Shown: positions 31,320-41,599 of the stretch, piece after piece
How the letters are laid out: every line of letters starts with the position of its first letter
Numbering within the stretch: the stretch's first letter is position 1
Source of the DNA: an uncultured Candidatus Rokubacteria bacterium
Lineage (GTDB): Bacteria > Methylomirabilota > Methylomirabilia > Rokubacteriales > CSP1-6
Direction: 5' to 3'
Length of the DNA stretch: 64,000 nt
Assembly: GCA_963747235.1 (NCBI GenBank)
Contig: CAVVEU010000033.1
Location: 223,282 to 287,281, forward strand
Notes under the pieces: model-generated
What the model saw: only the letters and a program-made list of their open reading frames with translations
Told to the model about the DNA's origin: nothing
Database searches by the model: none
Position numbers and translations under genes: made by a program

Positions 31320-32376
31320 ATGTCACCGATCATGATGGAAGTCATCGAGTGGTTCGACAAGACCGGCACCGCCATCGTGCAGCGCTACCCGGAGGACGGC
31401 TCGGGCGACATCAAGATGGGCGCGCAGCTCATCGTGCGCGAGAACCAGGCCGCGGTGTTCTTCCGCGACGGCCAGGCGCTCGACGCGTTCGGGCCCGGCC
31501 GCCACACGCTCTCCACCCAGAACCTGCCGATCCTGACCCGGCTCCTCTCGCTGCCGTGGGGCTTCCAGAGCCCGTTCCGCGCCGAGGTGTACTTCGTCAA
31601 CCTGAAGGTCTTCACCAACATGCGCTGGGGCACGCGCGATCCGGTGGCCTTCAAGGACAGCCAGCTCGGCCTGATCCGCCTGCGCGCCTTCGGCAGCTTC
31701 ACCATGCGGGTCACCCAGCCGCTCCTCTTCGTCAACAGCCTGGTGGGCACGCAGGGCAGCTACACCACGGATCAGATCGAGGACTATCTCCGGGAAGTCA
31801 TCGTGGCCCGGCTGAACGACTTCCTCGGCGAGACCGTGCAGAGCCTGCTCGAGCTGCCGCGGCAGTACGACGAGATGGCGGTGGCGCTCAAGACCCGCCT
31901 GGTCGACGAGTTCCGCAAGTACGGCACCGAGATGGTGGACTTCTACATCAACCGCATCACGCCGCCCGAGGACGTCGAGCGGATGATCGACGAGCGCTCG
32001 AGCATGGGCGCGGTCGGCGATCTCGATCGCTTCCTCAAGTTCAAGGCGGCCAAGGCCATGGGCGACGCGGCCCAGGGCCACGGGGGCGGGCTGGACGGCG
32101 GCGCCGCCGCCGGGGTGGGCGTGGGCGTCGGCGCGGGGCTCGGCATGATGATGCCGGGCATGCTCGCGAAGAGCCTCGGGCGCCGATCCCGCGGGCGCCG
32201 CGGTGGCGACCGTGAGCTGCCCGGGCTGCCAGTCGGCGGTCGCGGCGGACAGCCGCTTCTGCCCGCGCTGCGGCCGCCAGATCGCGACCGCCACGCGGTG
32301 CGCGCGCTGCCAGGCCGAGCTGCCGGCCGGCGCGCGGTTCTGCTCGGCCTGCGGCCAGGCGGTGCCCGGCGCCTAG
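31320..32376 (+). CDS. SPFH/Band-7-domain protein with C-terminal zinc ribbon (COG4260-like), apparent frameshift near 32175
   Basis: ..QLIVRENQAAVFFRDGQALDAFGPGRHTLSTQNLPIL.. SPFH fold; C-terminal CPGCQSAVAADSRFCPRCG..CARCQAELPAGARFCSACG zinc ribbon only in the shifted frame. Confidence 0.75.
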
Positions 32377-32418
32377 CGCCGGCGCTCCGCCCCGCACGCC
32401 TTCTTCGACGACGTCTCC

Positions 32419-33929
32419 ATGAGCCAGGTCGTCGTCTCGACCGAGTGCCCCACCTGCAGCGGCCCCCTCGATTTCTCCGAGGGGGCCAATGCCATCCGCT
32501 GTCCGAGCTGCGGCTCGAATCTGCTCGTCACCGGCCGCAAGCAGGTGCTGAGCTACTGGGTCGCCCCGAAGGTCGAAGGCCGAGGTCGCGGGCGCCGTCG
32601 CCCGCACCGGCCGCCTCGAGGCGCGCGTGGCGGGCGCCCGGCTCTTCTTCGTGCCCTTCTACCGCCTGACCGGCCACGACTTCCAGTGGCTGGACGTGCC
32701 GCCCAAGCCCGAGCCGGAGAGCGCGGCCTTCCCCACCGTCGGCGAGAGCCTGGGTGGCGGCGAGCCCGACCGGCCCGAGATCGAGATCCCCATCGGCGCG
32801 ATGCTGGGCTGGGGCGCCGATGTGCTGCTCGGCCGCAAGGCCGGCGACACCGTGCGCGATCTGCTGGGCGAGCCCCCGACGCCCGAGCGCCCGCTCGACC
32901 TGGCCGTGCTGACCGCCATGCGCGCGACCCCATCCCGGTCCGCGCCCGACGGACAGGTGCAGTTCCTCGATCGCTACGTGGAGAAGACGTTCCCGGCCGC
33001 GGATCTGGCGGACCTCGGCGTGGCCTCGCTCGGCGTGCGCGCCCAGGTGCTCCGGGTGTCCTTGTTCGAGCGCTCGGCCCTGGCCGCGCTCGGCACGATC
33101 GTCGCGCCGCGGATCACGCCGGAGCGCGCGATGGCGCAGGGGCTCTCCGCGCGCGGCTTCGAGCACGTGATCTACCGGCAGGTCCTCGGGCGCATCCTGA
33201 GCGTGATCTATTTCCCCTTCTGGGTGGTGGAGCTCGCTCGGAATGCCGAGCGCTGGCTCACCGTCGTGGACGCGGTGGCCGAGAGCGTCGTGCAGCCGCG
33301 CGCGCCCCTGTCGCTCCGCGAAGCCCTCGAGCGGCCCGCGAGCGACGAGCCGCGCACGGTGGGGCTCCGCCCACTGGTCTGCCCCAACTGCGGCTGGGCC
33401 CTGCCCGTCGAGCCCGACGACGTGATCTTCTTCTGCGGCTCCTGCCACCGGGCCTGGCAGATCCACGGCGTCGAGCTCGGCGACATGCCGCACGAGATCG
33501 CCGACACGCGGCCGGACGCGGCGAACCCCGGCCCCGCGGCGGACGCGATCTACCTGCCGTTCTGGCAGCTCGATCCCGCGGGCGCGCCCGATGCGCCGCG
33601 CGCCTGGGCGCCCGCCTTCCGCTACCGCCGGCTCAAGGCGCTGCACGACCTGGCCGCGCGGCTGACCGCCAAGCCGCCCGCGTACCGGCCGTGGACCGGC
33701 GAGCGCCCCGCCGCGCACGGCTGCTTCTACGACGCCGAGGACGCCGCGCTGCTCGCGCGCTTCGCGGCGGCGGGCCGGCGCCGGACGCCCCGCGAGGTGG
33801 CAGGCGGCCGCGGAGGCCGAGCCCGCGTTCACCGGCGCGCGGCTCACGTGGCTGCCGTTCCGGCGCGAGGCCCGGTCGCTCCTCGACCCGTCCACCGGGC
33901 TCGCGCTCCAGGAGGGACTCCTTGGCTAG
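32419..33929 (+). CDS. double zinc-ribbon protein of unknown function (about 500 aa), two apparent frameshifts
   Basis: CPTCSGPLDFSEGANAIRCPSCG and CPNCGWALPVEPDDVIFFCGSCHRAW ribbons, each followed by an aromatic block (LSYWVAP..FFVPFYRL / AIYLPFWQLD); C-terminus ..LTWLPFRREARSLLDPSTGLALQEGLLG* only in the shifted frame. Confidence 0.6.
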
Positions 33930-33975
33930 ACGACGCGCGCAATCCCGCCGATCATGGAGCACCGCCGCGAGCACC

Positions 33976-34431
33976 GTCTTGAGCACCACTCCCGTCGCAC
34001 GCGTGGTTCGCGTCACGCTGATCGTGGTGCTCGCCGTGGGGGTCTCCGTGGTGGGCTACCACGCGCTCCGCTTCGTGCGCTCCTGCGCCACGCTCGACGG
34101 CGCGCGCGAGGCGGTGGAGGCCCACGTCCGGGGCAAGCAGGTGCGGCGGATGGCGCGGGTGCTGAAGACCGCCGATCGGGAGATCCTGGCCGCGCGGACC
34201 GCGGTGCGGGTGACCGCGCTGACCTGCGGGCCGAGCCTGCTGGGCGGCATGACGTGCCGCACGCGCTACGTGGTCAACGGCCAGAGCGTGGGGATGGAGG
34301 CCAGCGACCACTACTTCCGGGTGGACTACTCGCTGCTGGCCGGCTGGCAGGCGACGAGCGTGACCGAGACGTCCGGGCTGCGCTACTCGCTCACGCCGTG
34401 CCGCTGCTCGTGGGCCGCCGACGGCCGATAG
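33976..34431 (+). CDS. hypothetical membrane-anchored protein
   Basis: N-terminal TM (VTLIVVLAVGVSVVGY) + about 120-aa soluble domain; the start codon (TTG/GTG) is uncertain. Confidence 0.35.
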   Translation, partial: VLSTTPVARVVRVTLIVVLAVGVSVVGYHALRFVRSCATLDGAREAVEAHVRGKQVRRMARVLKTADREILAARTAVRVTALTCGPSLLGGMTCRTRYVVNGQSVGMEASDHYFRVDYSLLAGWQATSVTETSGLRYSLTPCRCSWAADGR

Positions 34432-35045
34432 CCGCGCTCGCCGGGCCGGTCGCCGTGATTGGCGGCCGGCCGCGACCGCGGGTGCGCGCGTGGCTCGTGC
34501 CGCGCGGGCGCCCGGCCCCCGAGCCTGCGCGCCCAGTCCCCGTCGCGCTTCTTTGATCCGATAAGCGGGAACACTTCCCGCACCAGCCCCTCGTACTCCT
34601 CGACGGTGCGCCGGTAGATGTCCAGCCCCGGCACCAGGTGGAGATCCAGCGTGCTGGGCGGCGCGGCCGGCGGCAGGATCGAGACGTGGATGGCCTGGAA
34701 GCACGAGCGGCCGAGCTCGGGCCGGTCCGTCACCAGGATCTCGTAGAGCTCCGGCCACTGCAGCGCCACCTCGGGCGAGCGCGCGGGCGTCTCGCGGCGG
34801 AGGTGGTCCTCCAGGTCGGCGCAGTACTTCACCTCGATGGCGAGCAGCAGGTACGAGCGGTGGCCCAGGCTCGGCTCGTCCAGCGCCTTCCAGACCACGA
34901 AGTCCGGCACGCTCTGGCCCGTGCGCATGAGCGCGGAGACCTGCGTCTCGCGCGCCACCCGCGCGACCATGTACTGCGCGCGCTTGAAGATGCCCTCGAC
35001 CAGCGCCTCCGCCATCCGGCCCTTCAGCAGATTGATGTCGTCCAT
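34383..35045 (-). CDS. hypothetical protein with a PD-(D/E)xK-like nuclease motif
   Basis: ..PDFVVWKA...YLLLAIEVKY.. resembles the D..(D/E)xK core of the restriction-endonuclease-like fold; the C-terminal 60 aa are low-complexity and may reflect a frameshift. Confidence 0.45.
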   Translation of the reverse strand: MDDINLLKGRMAEALVEGIFKRAQYMVARVARETQVSALMRTGQSVPDFVVWKALDEPSLGHRSYLLLAIEVKYCADLEDHLRRETPARSPEVALQWPELYEILVTDRPELGRSCFQAIHVSILPPAAPPSTLDLHLVPGLDIYRRTVEEYEGLVREVFPLIGSKKRDGDWARRLGGRAPARHEPRAHPRSRPAANHGDRPGERGYRPSAAHEQRHGVSE

Positions 35046-35048
35046 GGC

Positions 35049-35469
35049 TCAGCGCTGCGCGTCCGAGATCCGGGTGGCCAGGGCCCGCAGCCGGTCGAGC
35101 GTCTCCGGGCGGAGCATCGCCGCGAAGCCGGCCGGATCGGACTTGGCGCGGTCGAGCGCCGCGCTGAGCTGCCGCGGGTCGCCGCCCGTGCTCCGCGCCA
35201 GGTCCGCGAAGACCTCGGCCGCGAGGCCGTAGACCTCCTGGGCGAGCTGGGAGGAGCCCGCCATGCCCTGGACCTGCCGGTCGACCGCCGCGGCGTTCGG
35301 GTCGGTGGCGAGGATCTGGCCCCGGGCCGCCGGGTCCGCCAGCATCCGGAGGGTCGCGGCGAGGGCCTCCGCGGCGGCCGGATCGAGCGTCTGCGCGGAG
35401 AGCGCAGGTGGCCGGGAGGACGAGCAGGGACAGCGCGGCGAGCAAGGCGGTGGCGAGTCGTTTGATCAT
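35049..35469 (-). CDS. small secreted hypothetical protein, apparent frameshift near 35380
   Basis: MIKRLATALLAALSLLVLPATCA signal; helical Ala-rich body ending ..LDRLRALATRISDAQR*. Confidence 0.45.
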
Positions 35470-35670
35470 GCCGTCCGGAAGGAGCAAGAGTCGGACCACG
35501 CGCGGCGGCCCGCAATCATGGAGAATTCCAGCGTTGGCCGCGGGCCGCCGGGAGCGAAGCTGACGGCCGGTGTCACGCCACGGCGCTTTCGTGGACACGG
35601 CTTGACCATCGGGCCCGGCCGGAGAATAATCGCCGCGCACTTCCACCCCCAAGCGCGCGAGGAGAGCACG

Positions 35671-36156
35671 ATGCCCACAGCCGCTCATCGACCCGCAGCT
35701 CATCGAGAAGAGATCTGGGTCCCGGGCATGCCGGAGCCCATCAGCCACTTCGTCCACGTGGTCCGCGCCGGGCGGCTCGTCTTCGTCTCCGGCTGCGTGG
35801 CCAGCGACGCCCAGGGGCGCACGGTGGGCGGCAGCGACATCGTGGCCCAGACCCGCCAGGTCCACGAGAACATCAAGGGCTGCCTGGCCGCCGCGGGCGC
35901 CACCTTCGCCGACGTCTGCAAGGTGACCGTGTTCCTCAAGAACATCGCGCACCGGGAGGCGGTCAACACGGTGCGCAAGGAGTACTTCGGCAAGAGCCGG
36001 CCCGCGAGCACCCTCATCGAGATCTCGCAGTTCGTGCGCCCGGAGCTGCTCATCGAGATCGAGGCGACCGCGGTCCTGCCCGAGAAGAAGACGAGCGCGC
36101 CGCGGCGCAAGGCGCCCGCGAGCAAGCCGGCCCGGAAGGCGCGCCGCCGCCGCTGA
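35671..36156 (+). CDS. RidA/YjgF-family protein with a basic C-terminal tail
   Basis: ..PISHFVHVVRAGRLVFVSGCVASDAQGRTVGG..QTRQVHENIKGCLAAAGATFADVCKVTVFLKN..PASTLIEI.. RidA signature; RBS GAGGAGAG; Lys/Arg-rich 25-aa C-terminal extension. Confidence 0.8.
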   Translation: MPTAAHRPAAHREEIWVPGMPEPISHFVHVVRAGRLVFVSGCVASDAQGRTVGGSDIVAQTRQVHENIKGCLAAAGATFADVCKVTVFLKNIAHREAVNTVRKEYFGKSRPASTLIEISQFVRPELLIEIEATAVLPEKKTSAPRRKAPASKPARKARRRR

Positions 36157-36160
36157 GTGC

Positions 36161-37825
36161 TCAGCCGGCCGCATCGCGGGCCTGCTCGCGCAGCGCGCGC
36201 TTGAGGAGCTTGCCGGAGGCGGTCTTCGGCAGGGCGGGCACGAAGCGCACCGCGCGCGGCGCCTTGTAGACCGCCATCTGGGCGCGGCACCAGTCGACGA
36301 TCTCGCGCTCGGTGACGCGGGCGTCCGGGTGCCGCACCACGAAGGCGAGCACGTCCTCGCCGCGGTAGGCGTCGGGCACGCCGACCACGCCCACCTCCGC
36401 CACCGCGGGGTGGCGGTACATGATCGCCTCCACCTCGGCGGGGAACACGCTGTAGCCCGAGGCCTTGATCATGTCCTTCTTCCGCTCCTCGATCGTGAAA
36501 TAGCCTTCCTCGTCCGCGCGCCCGATGTCGCCGGTGCGGAGCCAGCCGTCCTGGATCGCCTCCGCGGTCGCGTCGGGCCGTCGCCAGTAGCCCTTGGTGA
36601 CCATGGGCCCGCGGACGGTGATCTCGCCCGACTCGCCCAGGGGCAGCTCGGTCACGCCGTCCTCCAGGCTCACGATGCGCACGCCGGTGAACGGCAGCGG
36701 CACGCCGACCGTGCCGTAGCGCGGCCGGTGCGGCGGGTTCGAATGGCTGGGCGCGGTGGTCTCGGTGAGCCCGTAGCCTTCAATAAGTTGGTGCCCGGTG
36801 ATGGCCTCCCAGCGCCGCGCGATCTCGGGCGGGACCGGCGCGCCGCCCGACGTGCAGAGCCGCAGCGAGCCCAGGTCGTACTCGGGCGTCTTCGGGTGGT
36901 TCACGATGGCCACGTTGACGGTGGCGATCAGCGTGGTGATGGTGCAGCGGTGCTGCTGGATCGCCCGCAGCGCGGTCTCCACGTCGAAGCGGTGCAGCGC
37001 CACCAGGGTCGCGCCGGTGTAGGCCATCATGTTGAGCTGCACTTCCATCCCGGTGATGTGAAACCACGGGACGACGCCCAGCATCACGTCCGCCGGGGTG
37101 AACCCGAAGAAGGCGCGCATCAGCTCGCAGTTCGCGGTGATGTTGCCGTGGGTCAGCTCGGCCCCCTTCGGCGCGCCCGTCGTGCCCGAGGTGTACTGGA
37201 TCAGCGCGGTGTCGTGCTGGGCGCGCGGCTCCGGCGACTGCAGCCGGGCCGGCGCGGCCACGATCGCGGAGAAGGGCTCGACGCCCGCCGCGCGCCCTCC
37301 CACCGGGCCGGCCGGCTCCTCGAGGAGCGACGGGGGCAACGGCAGGCCCGGCGGCGCGGGCACGTAGTCGCGATAGGAGACCAGCGCGACCACCTCGACC
37401 GGCGTCTGCGCGCGGACCGATTCGACGATCTCGCGGCCCGCGTGGGCGGCCACCAGCACCCGGGCGCCCGAGTCCTCCAGCTCGTGCTGGAGCTCGATGG
37501 CCTTGTGCATGGGATTGAGCGGCACCGTGATGGCGCCCGCCTTGAGCGCGCCGAAGTGCGCGATGGCGAACTGGGGGCAGTTCTCGAGATAGAGCGCGAC
37601 GCGGTCGCCCGGCCCGATGCCGCGGGCGCGGAGCCAGCCCGCGAAGCGATCGCTCGCGTCGTCGAGCTCGGCGAACGTGATCGCGCGCCCGTAGAAGACG
37701 ATGGCCGCCTTGCGCGGGGTGCGCGCCGCGTGACCCTGGAGGAAGGTGGTGATCGGCTCGCCGGGAAGCCGGATGCGGGCCTCGTCGAGGCCGGGCGGCC
37801 AGTGCTTCTGCCAGATCCGGTTCAT
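36161..37825 (-). CDS. acyl-CoA synthetase / long-chain-fatty-acid--CoA ligase (AMP-binding family)
   Basis: 555 aa; YTSGTTGAPKG P-loop, GYGLTE, ..TGDIGRADEEGYFTIEERKKDMIKASG.. motifs. Confidence 0.9.
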   Translation of the reverse strand: MNRIWQKHWPPGLDEARIRLPGEPITTFLQGHAARTPRKAAIVFYGRAITFAELDDASDRFAGWLRARGIGPGDRVALYLENCPQFAIAHFGALKAGAITVPLNPMHKAIELQHELEDSGARVLVAAHAGREIVESVRAQTPVEVVALVSYRDYVPAPPGLPLPPSLLEEPAGPVGGRAAGVEPFSAIVAAPARLQSPEPRAQHDTALIQYTSGTTGAPKGAELTHGNITANCELMRAFFGFTPADVMLGVVPWFHITGMEVQLNMMAYTGATLVALHRFDVETALRAIQQHRCTITTLIATVNVAIVNHPKTPEYDLGSLRLCTSGGAPVPPEIARRWEAITGHQLIEGYGLTETTAPSHSNPPHRPRYGTVGVPLPFTGVRIVSLEDGVTELPLGESGEITVRGPMVTKGYWRRPDATAEAIQDGWLRTGDIGRADEEGYFTIEERKKDMIKASGYSVFPAEVEAIMYRHPAVAEVGVVGVPDAYRGEDVLAFVVRHPDARVTEREIVDWCRAQMAVYKAPRAVRFVPALPKTASGKLLKRALREQARDAAG

Positions 37826-37898
37826 GGTCCCGGGCCGGATACTACACGCGCGACCCGCGTTTGACACGCGGGGAGCCGCCCGGTAGCATCCCCCGACG

Positions 37899-39941
37899 AT
37901 GACGCGCCGGGGCCTCGTCGCGCTGATCCTGCTCGTCGTCGCCACCCCCGCGCGCGCGCAGGACGCCGAGCGGCTCGAGCCGGTGGTGGTGACCGCGACA
38001 CGCACCGAACAGCGGCTCGGTGAGGCGCCGGCCAGCGTCAGCGTGCTCACCCGCGCGGACGTCAGCCGGACCGCGGCCCAGAGCCTCGACGATCTCCTGC
38101 GGCAGGTGCCCGGTTTCAGCCTCTTCCGCCGGTCTTCCAGCCTCGTCGGCCATCCCACGACCCAGGGCGTCTCGCTGCGGGGCATCGGCCCGAGCGGCGC
38201 CAGCCGCGCCCTCGTGCTGCTCGACGGCGTCCCCATCAACGATCCCTTCGGGGGGTGGGTGTACTGGGACCGAGTCCCGCTGCAAAGCATAGACCAGGTG
38301 GAGGTCGTGCGCGGGGGCGGCGCGAGCGTGTGGGGCAACTACGCGCTCAGCGGCGTGATCAACATCATCACGCGGCGGCCCACCGAGCGCGCCGCCTTCT
38401 TCGAGGGCAGCTACGGCACCAGCGACACCCGGCACGCGGATCTGCTGCTGACCGAGGCGATCGGCCCCTTCCGCCTGAGCCTCGAGGGTACCTACTTCAA
38501 GACCGACGGCTACCCGGTGGTGAACGCCTCGCGCCGGGGGGCCATCGACGTGGACGCGGGCTCCGAGCACGTCACCTTCAACGGGCGCGCGGAGCTCGTC
38601 CTCTCGCCGGATCTCTCGGTGTTCGTGCGCGGGACCTACTACGAGGAGAGCCGGGACAACGGCACCCGGCTGCAGATCAACAACACCGACTCCGGCTCGT
38701 TCGCGACCGGGGTGCGCGCGCGCACCGGCGAGGGCAGCGAGTGGACCGGCACCGTCTTCGCCGACTTCCAGGCCTTCCGCAGCACGTTCTCCACCCAGGC
38801 CGCCGACCGCAACTCGGAGACCCTCGCGCTGGACCAGCGGGTGCCGAGCACGTCGGTGGGCGCCGCGCTCTCGTGGAGCCGGACCTTCGGGGACCATCGG
38901 CTGCTCGCGGGGACCGACTTCCGGTGGATCGACGGGGAGACCGACGAGCGGGTCTACGTGGCGGGCAACTTCGCCCGCACGCGGGTGGCGGGCGGCGAGC
39001 AGCAGATCTACGGGCTCTTCGTGCAGGACGTCTACCGGCCCCTCCCCATGCTCGAGCTGGTCGCGGGCATCCGCGGCGACTACTGGCGCGCCTACGACGG
39101 CTTCCGGCGCGACACCCCGCCGCCCGCCGGCATCCCCGCCCGCCAGACCTACTCGGACATCGACCGCATCGGCGTGAGCCCGCGCGTCGCCGCGCTCGTG
39201 CACGCCACGCCCACCACCGACGTGCGCGCCTCCGCCTATCAGGGCTTCCGGGTGCCGACGATCAACGAGCTGTACCGCGTCTTCCGCGTCCGCAACGACG
39301 TGACGGTGGCCAACGAGCACCTGAAACCGGAGCGGCTCACCGGCGGCGAGGTCGGCGTGGAGCAGCGCTGGGGGCCGTTCACCGGCCGCGCGACCGCGTT
39401 CTGGAACGAGGTGGAGGACCTGATCGCCAACGTGACCCTCACCAGCCGCCTGCCGGATTGCCCGGTGGGGACCACGTGCCGGCAGCGGCAGAACCTCGAC
39501 CGCGCGCGCATCCGCGGCATCGAGACCGAGCTCGAGGTGCGCCCGGCCCGCGACTGGAAGATCATCGCCGGCTACATCTTCACCGACACCACGGTGCTGG
39601 AGTCCCCGCAGCAGGTGGCCCTCGAGGGCAAGCGCCTGGCCCAGGTGCCCCGGCACGGCGCCTCCGTCACCGTGCGCTACGACAACCCCGCGCTCTTCAC
39701 CGCGGCGGCCACCGTGCGCTTCGTGGGCCGGCAGTTCGAGGACGATCTCAACACGCTGCCGCTCGGCAGCTACGCGCTGGTGGATCTCTTCCTCTCGCGC
39801 CACCTCACCCGCTGGGCCGAGGTCTTCGTCGGCATCGAGAACCTGCTCGACACGACCTACAGCACCGGGCGCACCAGCGAGGGCGTCGTCTCCATCGGGG
39901 CGCCGTTCCAGGCGCGCGGCGGAGTGCGCTTGCAGTTCTGA
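37899..39941 (+). CDS. TonB-dependent receptor (BtuB/CirA-like), intact
   Basis: 680 aa; signal peptide, TonB box region (EPVVVTATR), plug motifs, terminal ..RLQF*. Confidence 0.9.
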   Translation: MTRRGLVALILLVVATPARAQDAERLEPVVVTATRTEQRLGEAPASVSVLTRADVSRTAAQSLDDLLRQVPGFSLFRRSSSLVGHPTTQGVSLRGIGPSGASRALVLLDGVPINDPFGGWVYWDRVPLQSIDQVEVVRGGGASVWGNYALSGVINIITRRPTERAAFFEGSYGTSDTRHADLLLTEAIGPFRLSLEGTYFKTDGYPVVNASRRGAIDVDAGSEHVTFNGRAELVLSPDLSVFVRGTYYEESRDNGTRLQINNTDSGSFATGVRARTGEGSEWTGTVFADFQAFRSTFSTQAADRNSETLALDQRVPSTSVGAALSWSRTFGDHRLLAGTDFRWIDGETDERVYVAGNFARTRVAGGEQQIYGLFVQDVYRPLPMLELVAGIRGDYWRAYDGFRRDTPPPAGIPARQTYSDIDRIGVSPRVAALVHATPTTDVRASAYQGFRVPTINELYRVFRVRNDVTVANEHLKPERLTGGEVGVEQRWGPFTGRATAFWNEVEDLIANVTLTSRLPDCPVGTTCRQRQNLDRARIRGIETELEVRPARDWKIIAGYIFTDTTVLESPQQVALEGKRLAQVPRHGASVTVRYDNPALFTAAATVRFVGRQFEDDLNTLPLGSYALVDLFLSRHLTRWAEVFVGIENLLDTTYSTGRTSEGVVSIGAPFQARGGVRLQF

Positions 39942-40351
39942 TGGGCCCGCTCCGCATCCGGCTGGGGCCGCTGACCTTCAGCGCGCGCTGGGAGGAGATC
40001 GCCGCGCCACGCACCTGCGCCGCCTTCCGCCGCCTCCTGCCCTACCGGCAGCGGATCATCCAGGCGCGCTGGAGCGGCGAGGCGGGCTGGATCCCGCTCG
40101 GCGAATTCGACCTGGGGGTGGGCGCGGAGCACGCGACGAGCGAGCCCGCGCCCGGCGCGCTGCTCTTCTATCCCGCCGGCGTCAGCGAGACCGAGATCCT
40201 GTTCCCGTACGGCGCCGCGCGCTTCGCGAGCGTGCACGGCCCGCTGGCCGGCAACCACTTCCTCACGATCGAGGAGGGCCGCGCGCAGCTCCCGGAAGTC
40301 GGACGGCTCCTCTGCTGGGAAGGCGCCCAGGACATCACCTTCGAGGCGTAG
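39941..40351 (+). CDS. DUF3830-family (cyclophilin-like) protein, translationally coupled to the receptor
   Basis: ATG overlaps the receptor TGA (ATGA); 136 aa ..RWSGEAGWIPLGEFDLGVGAEHATSEPAPGALLFYPAGVSETEILFPYG.. Confidence 0.6.
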   Translation: MGPLRIRLGPLTFSARWEEIAAPRTCAAFRRLLPYRQRIIQARWSGEAGWIPLGEFDLGVGAEHATSEPAPGALLFYPAGVSETEILFPYGAARFASVHGPLAGNHFLTIEEGRAQLPEVGRLLCWEGAQDITFEA

Positions 40352-41287
40352 CGACCGGGGCGCCGGTCGGCTCCGGCTTCGCGCGCCAGCTCCGCGCCAG
40401 CTCCTCGGCACGCACGAGCTGCTCGGGGTTGAGCTGAGTCTTGACCGAGTCCCGCGCCTGGCGCGCGGTGTCCGCCTCTCGGCCGAGGAGGCTCTGGGCC
40501 GCGACGCTGAACCACTGGTAGGCCCGCACCGGGTCGCGCGCCACGCCCTGGCCGTTGACGTAGCGCACGCCCAGGTTGAACTGCGCGAACGCCACGCCCT
40601 GCTCGGCGGCTCGCCGGTACCACTTCACGGCCTCGACGTAGTCGCGGGTGACGCCGTCGCCGTTGGCGTAGCGTAGCCCGAGCTGGTACTGCGCGGGCGC
40701 GATCCCCTGCTCGGCGGCCAGCCGGTACCAGTACACCGCCTGCTGGGCGTCCTGGGGCACGCCCTCGCCGGTGGCGTAGCGCACGCCGAGCTGGTACTGG
40801 GCGGTGGCGCCGCCGCGATCGGCCGCGCTCCGCAGCAGCAGCGCGTCGCGCGTGCCGCCCGGCGTGGGGAGCCGGCCCTCCGCGCGCAGCTCGTCGAGCG
40901 CGGCCTGGGCGGCCCGGTTGCCCCGCGCGGCGGCGCGGCCGTACCAGTCGGCGGCCTGCATGTCGTCCCGGTCCACCCCGCGGCCGTAGGCGTAGAGGAA
41001 GCCCAGGCGGAACTGGGCGTGCACGTCGCCCTGGAGCGCGGCGCGGCGATACCAGGCCACGGCCTCGGCGGGATCCGGCGGCAGGCCCTGCCCGCGCTCG
41101 TGCATGAAGCCCACGAGGAACTGGGCCGCGGCGTCCCCGCCCTCGGCGAGCGGCTGCCACTCGCGGTAGGCGGTCGCGTAGTCGCCGCGGTCGTAGGCGC
41201 GGCGGCCGTCCTCGAACGTGGCGTGGGCGGGGGCCGCCGCCAGCAGGAGCGCGAGCGCGGCCAGCGCGAGGGCGGCGCGGCGGGGGC
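40335..41287 (-). CDS. Sel1-repeat (SLR/TPR-like) periplasmic protein; start codon not identifiable
   Basis: Signal peptide AALALAALALLLAAAPAHA, then at least six Sel1 repeats (..AAQFLVGFMHERGQGLPPDPAEAVAWYRRAA..); no ATG/GTG/TTG in frame before the signal peptide (GTA/CTG only). Confidence 0.7.
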
Positions 41288-41569
41288 TTACTTCCAGCGC
41301 ACCTGCACCTTGATCTTGGGGTACTCCGGCTCCTTGCCTTCCACGTCCACGATGCGGAGCACACCGTCGCTGCCCTCGAGCAACAGGTTGTTGTTCGAGA
41401 AGCCCACGAGCTTGCCCCACGCCTTGGGGATGCCGACCTCGTACTTGGCGAGCGTCTGGGCGTCCACCGCGGCCGGGCGGAGCTGCCCCTGCCAGAGGTG
41501 GGCGGCGATGGCCACGAGGGCCAGGGCGATCACGGTGAGCACACTCTTCACGTAGCGATCGGCGAGCAT
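41288..41569 (-). CDS. small signal-anchored hypothetical protein
   Basis: 93 aa; N-terminal TM (VLTVIALALVAIAAHLW), then a beta-rich domain; the stop abuts the Sel1 gene. Confidence 0.5.
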   Translation of the reverse strand: MLADRYVKSVLTVIALALVAIAAHLWQGQLRPAAVDAQTLAKYEVGIPKAWGKLVGFSNNNLLLEGSDGVLRIVDVEGKEPEYPKIKVQVRWK

Positions 41570-41599
41570 GCGGTTCCTCCTCGGCGCCGGAGGCCGGCG

